A stretch of DNA of 64,000 bases from Hydrolagus colliei (lineage: Eukaryota). Positions 62,801 through 64,000 of this stretch are shown here, in pieces. Location of the stretch: the NCBI GenBank assembly GCA_035084275.1, contig CM068769.1, positions 1,488,001-1,552,000 on the forward strand. The letters are read 5' to 3'. The notes under the pieces are model-generated. The model saw nothing but the letters and a program-made list of their open reading frames with translations. It was not told the DNA's origin and ran no database searches. Numbering within the stretch: the stretch's first letter is position 1; each line of letters starts with the position of its first letter. Made by a program: the position numbers and the translations under genes.

Positions 62801-63344
62801 CAATTACATAGATATACGGTGAAAGAAAGAGAAAGATGCAAACACAGAGATAATAATATTAAATCTTGCTTTTCATGTAGCGCTTTTTGCGTCTACCAGA
62901 AGTCTCAAAGTGCATCACAGAATAGAGTGACTATAAGTGAATTGACTGTGTATTTGTGAGCTAAACGGAGCAAGTCAGTGTCACACAAGCAGTGATGGAT
63001 TGAAATTAACAATTGTTGGCAGGCATTATTAATAGGCGTGTAGAGTAAGGAAACCTGCCCAAGATTTCACCCTAAACTGCCAGGAATTGAACACAGCTCT
63101 CTTGCTATTAAGTCGAGTGCTCTAACCACTGAGCTACGGTAGAAGGGGAGGTACAGGGGATGGCGATTTCCAAAGTATTGCAGAGACACCGGCAGACACA
63201 CAGAGGTACAGCTTGAGATACTGAGACAGACGGAAGCAGATCGGGAAAGACACACAGAACGCGTACTTAAGGAGCGAAAGTTACGCACATATAAATGAAT
63301 AGAGGGCGAGAGAGCCGCACACTGTCAGAGAGAGGGAGTTACAG
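56198..63344. repeat. Segmental duplication unit, copy 2 (paralog of 1-7133)
   Basis: Colinear with the window start throughout L2, GPCR exon, GA-rich tract and SINE. Confidence 0.9.
59847..60650 (-). pseudogene. GPR139-like class A GPCR main exon, open frame but truncated in TM7 by L2 (copy 2)
   Basis: tctctgcag|CT AAC ATG...; single frame NMVAILILSR...FDRYVAICC...DPEMKNQRK...GMMLQLL, then L2-derived KMAARGTHRGHV*. Lacks the end of TM7 and the C-tail; exon 1 not identified. Confidence 0.8.
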
Positions 63345-64000
63345 CAGATAGTGCGAGACACATTTTGAAAGACAGCACCTCCCTCGGGACAGGATCAGAA
63401 TGGCTACCATGTTAGCTGCAGAGAGAGTGAAGGTAAAATGACCAGTTATAATAATCAATTTCTACAGTTCATTTTCTGCTGGTAAAGTAATATTTTCTGC
63501 TGCGCTTTCTGTTGGTTACTTTTCGCTTCTCTCGCATGAAGTCACTATTTTTGCGACATCAAAGTGCGATGGAGAGAAGTCTGGCTCGCTGCCCATCGCC
63601 AGGAGTCACATTCACACGCACATACAGAGGCAGAAAAAGATGCACAGACAGCGGGAAATGCACTGACATGAAGACAGGGAAAAAGAGCAAGAAACAAAGA
63701 TGGAACACACAGGACGATGTAGAGAAAAGTAAATTCAGGCAGAAATGCAGAAGTACAGTTTTCTGTATATCGGCAGAAAGATCTCTACCCGTTCTGAGGG
63801 ACAGAGACCGTCACAGACAAAGGGGGAATGGGAGATACAGAGATACAACTACACAGAGAGTTAAACACAGACACAATGTGTTTGGTACAGAGATACAGCG
63901 AGACAGATAGATGCACTCAGACTGACAGATAGAGGGTTATTCAAAGACGGAGGGAGAGAATCACTGATACAAAGAGAAATGCACAGAGACAGATTCAGAT
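63342..64000. repeat. Third, partial tandem copy of the GPCR/GA-rich unit
   Basis: From CAGCAGATAGTGCGAG (cf. 60577 and ~4394) through the GPCR exon start (acceptor near 63415) into the GA-rich tract, to the window end. Confidence 0.88.

Noticed and set aside
1-64000. Whole 56-kb region as one tandem repeat unit
   Set aside because: Similarity stops at 7133/63344; sequence after 63344 loops back into the GPCR exon rather than matching 7134 onward.
1-64000. TCR D-delta, J or constant exons; IgH-type V (VH-delta/TAILV) genes
   Set aside because: No FGxG J with a 12-RSS, no C exon and no VH-like framework was recognised outside the NAR cassette; very degenerate relics could have been missed.

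Overview
Eukaryotic genomic DNA from a cartilaginous fish (shark, ray or chimaera; species not determinable from sequence), lying in the V-gene region of the T-cell receptor alpha/delta locus. All antigen-receptor segments are on the minus strand, so the D/J/C region lies beyond the low-coordinate end. The centrepiece (12.9-17.4 kb) is a complete NAR-TCR cassette: leader, IgNAR-like V, one 12/12-RSS D, one 23-RSS J, and a leaderless supporting TCR-delta V with its own 23-RSS. The two V domains carry matching extra cysteines. The J splice donor reads CTAAGT instead of GTAAGT. Twelve further TCR V segments or relics were found. Four look functional (22.9, 27.5, 38.2, 49.9 kb); the others are damaged by frameshift, stop, truncation, TE insertion, loss of Cys23 or a mutated RSS heptamer. 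An orphan leader exon is also present. The window is dense in L2 and CR1 LINEs and tRNA-derived Deu-core SINEs. It also holds a 2.1-kb non-autonomous hAT-like DNA transposon with a 5-bp target-site duplication nested in a CR1. A >7-kb unit (L2 LINE plus truncated GPR139-like GPCR exon plus GA-rich DNA) occurs at both ends of the window, followed by a third partial tandem copy. NAR-TCR is a known system class; what may be new are the specific features of this cassette and the locus rearrangements. All coordinates were read by eye; repeat boundaries are approximate.
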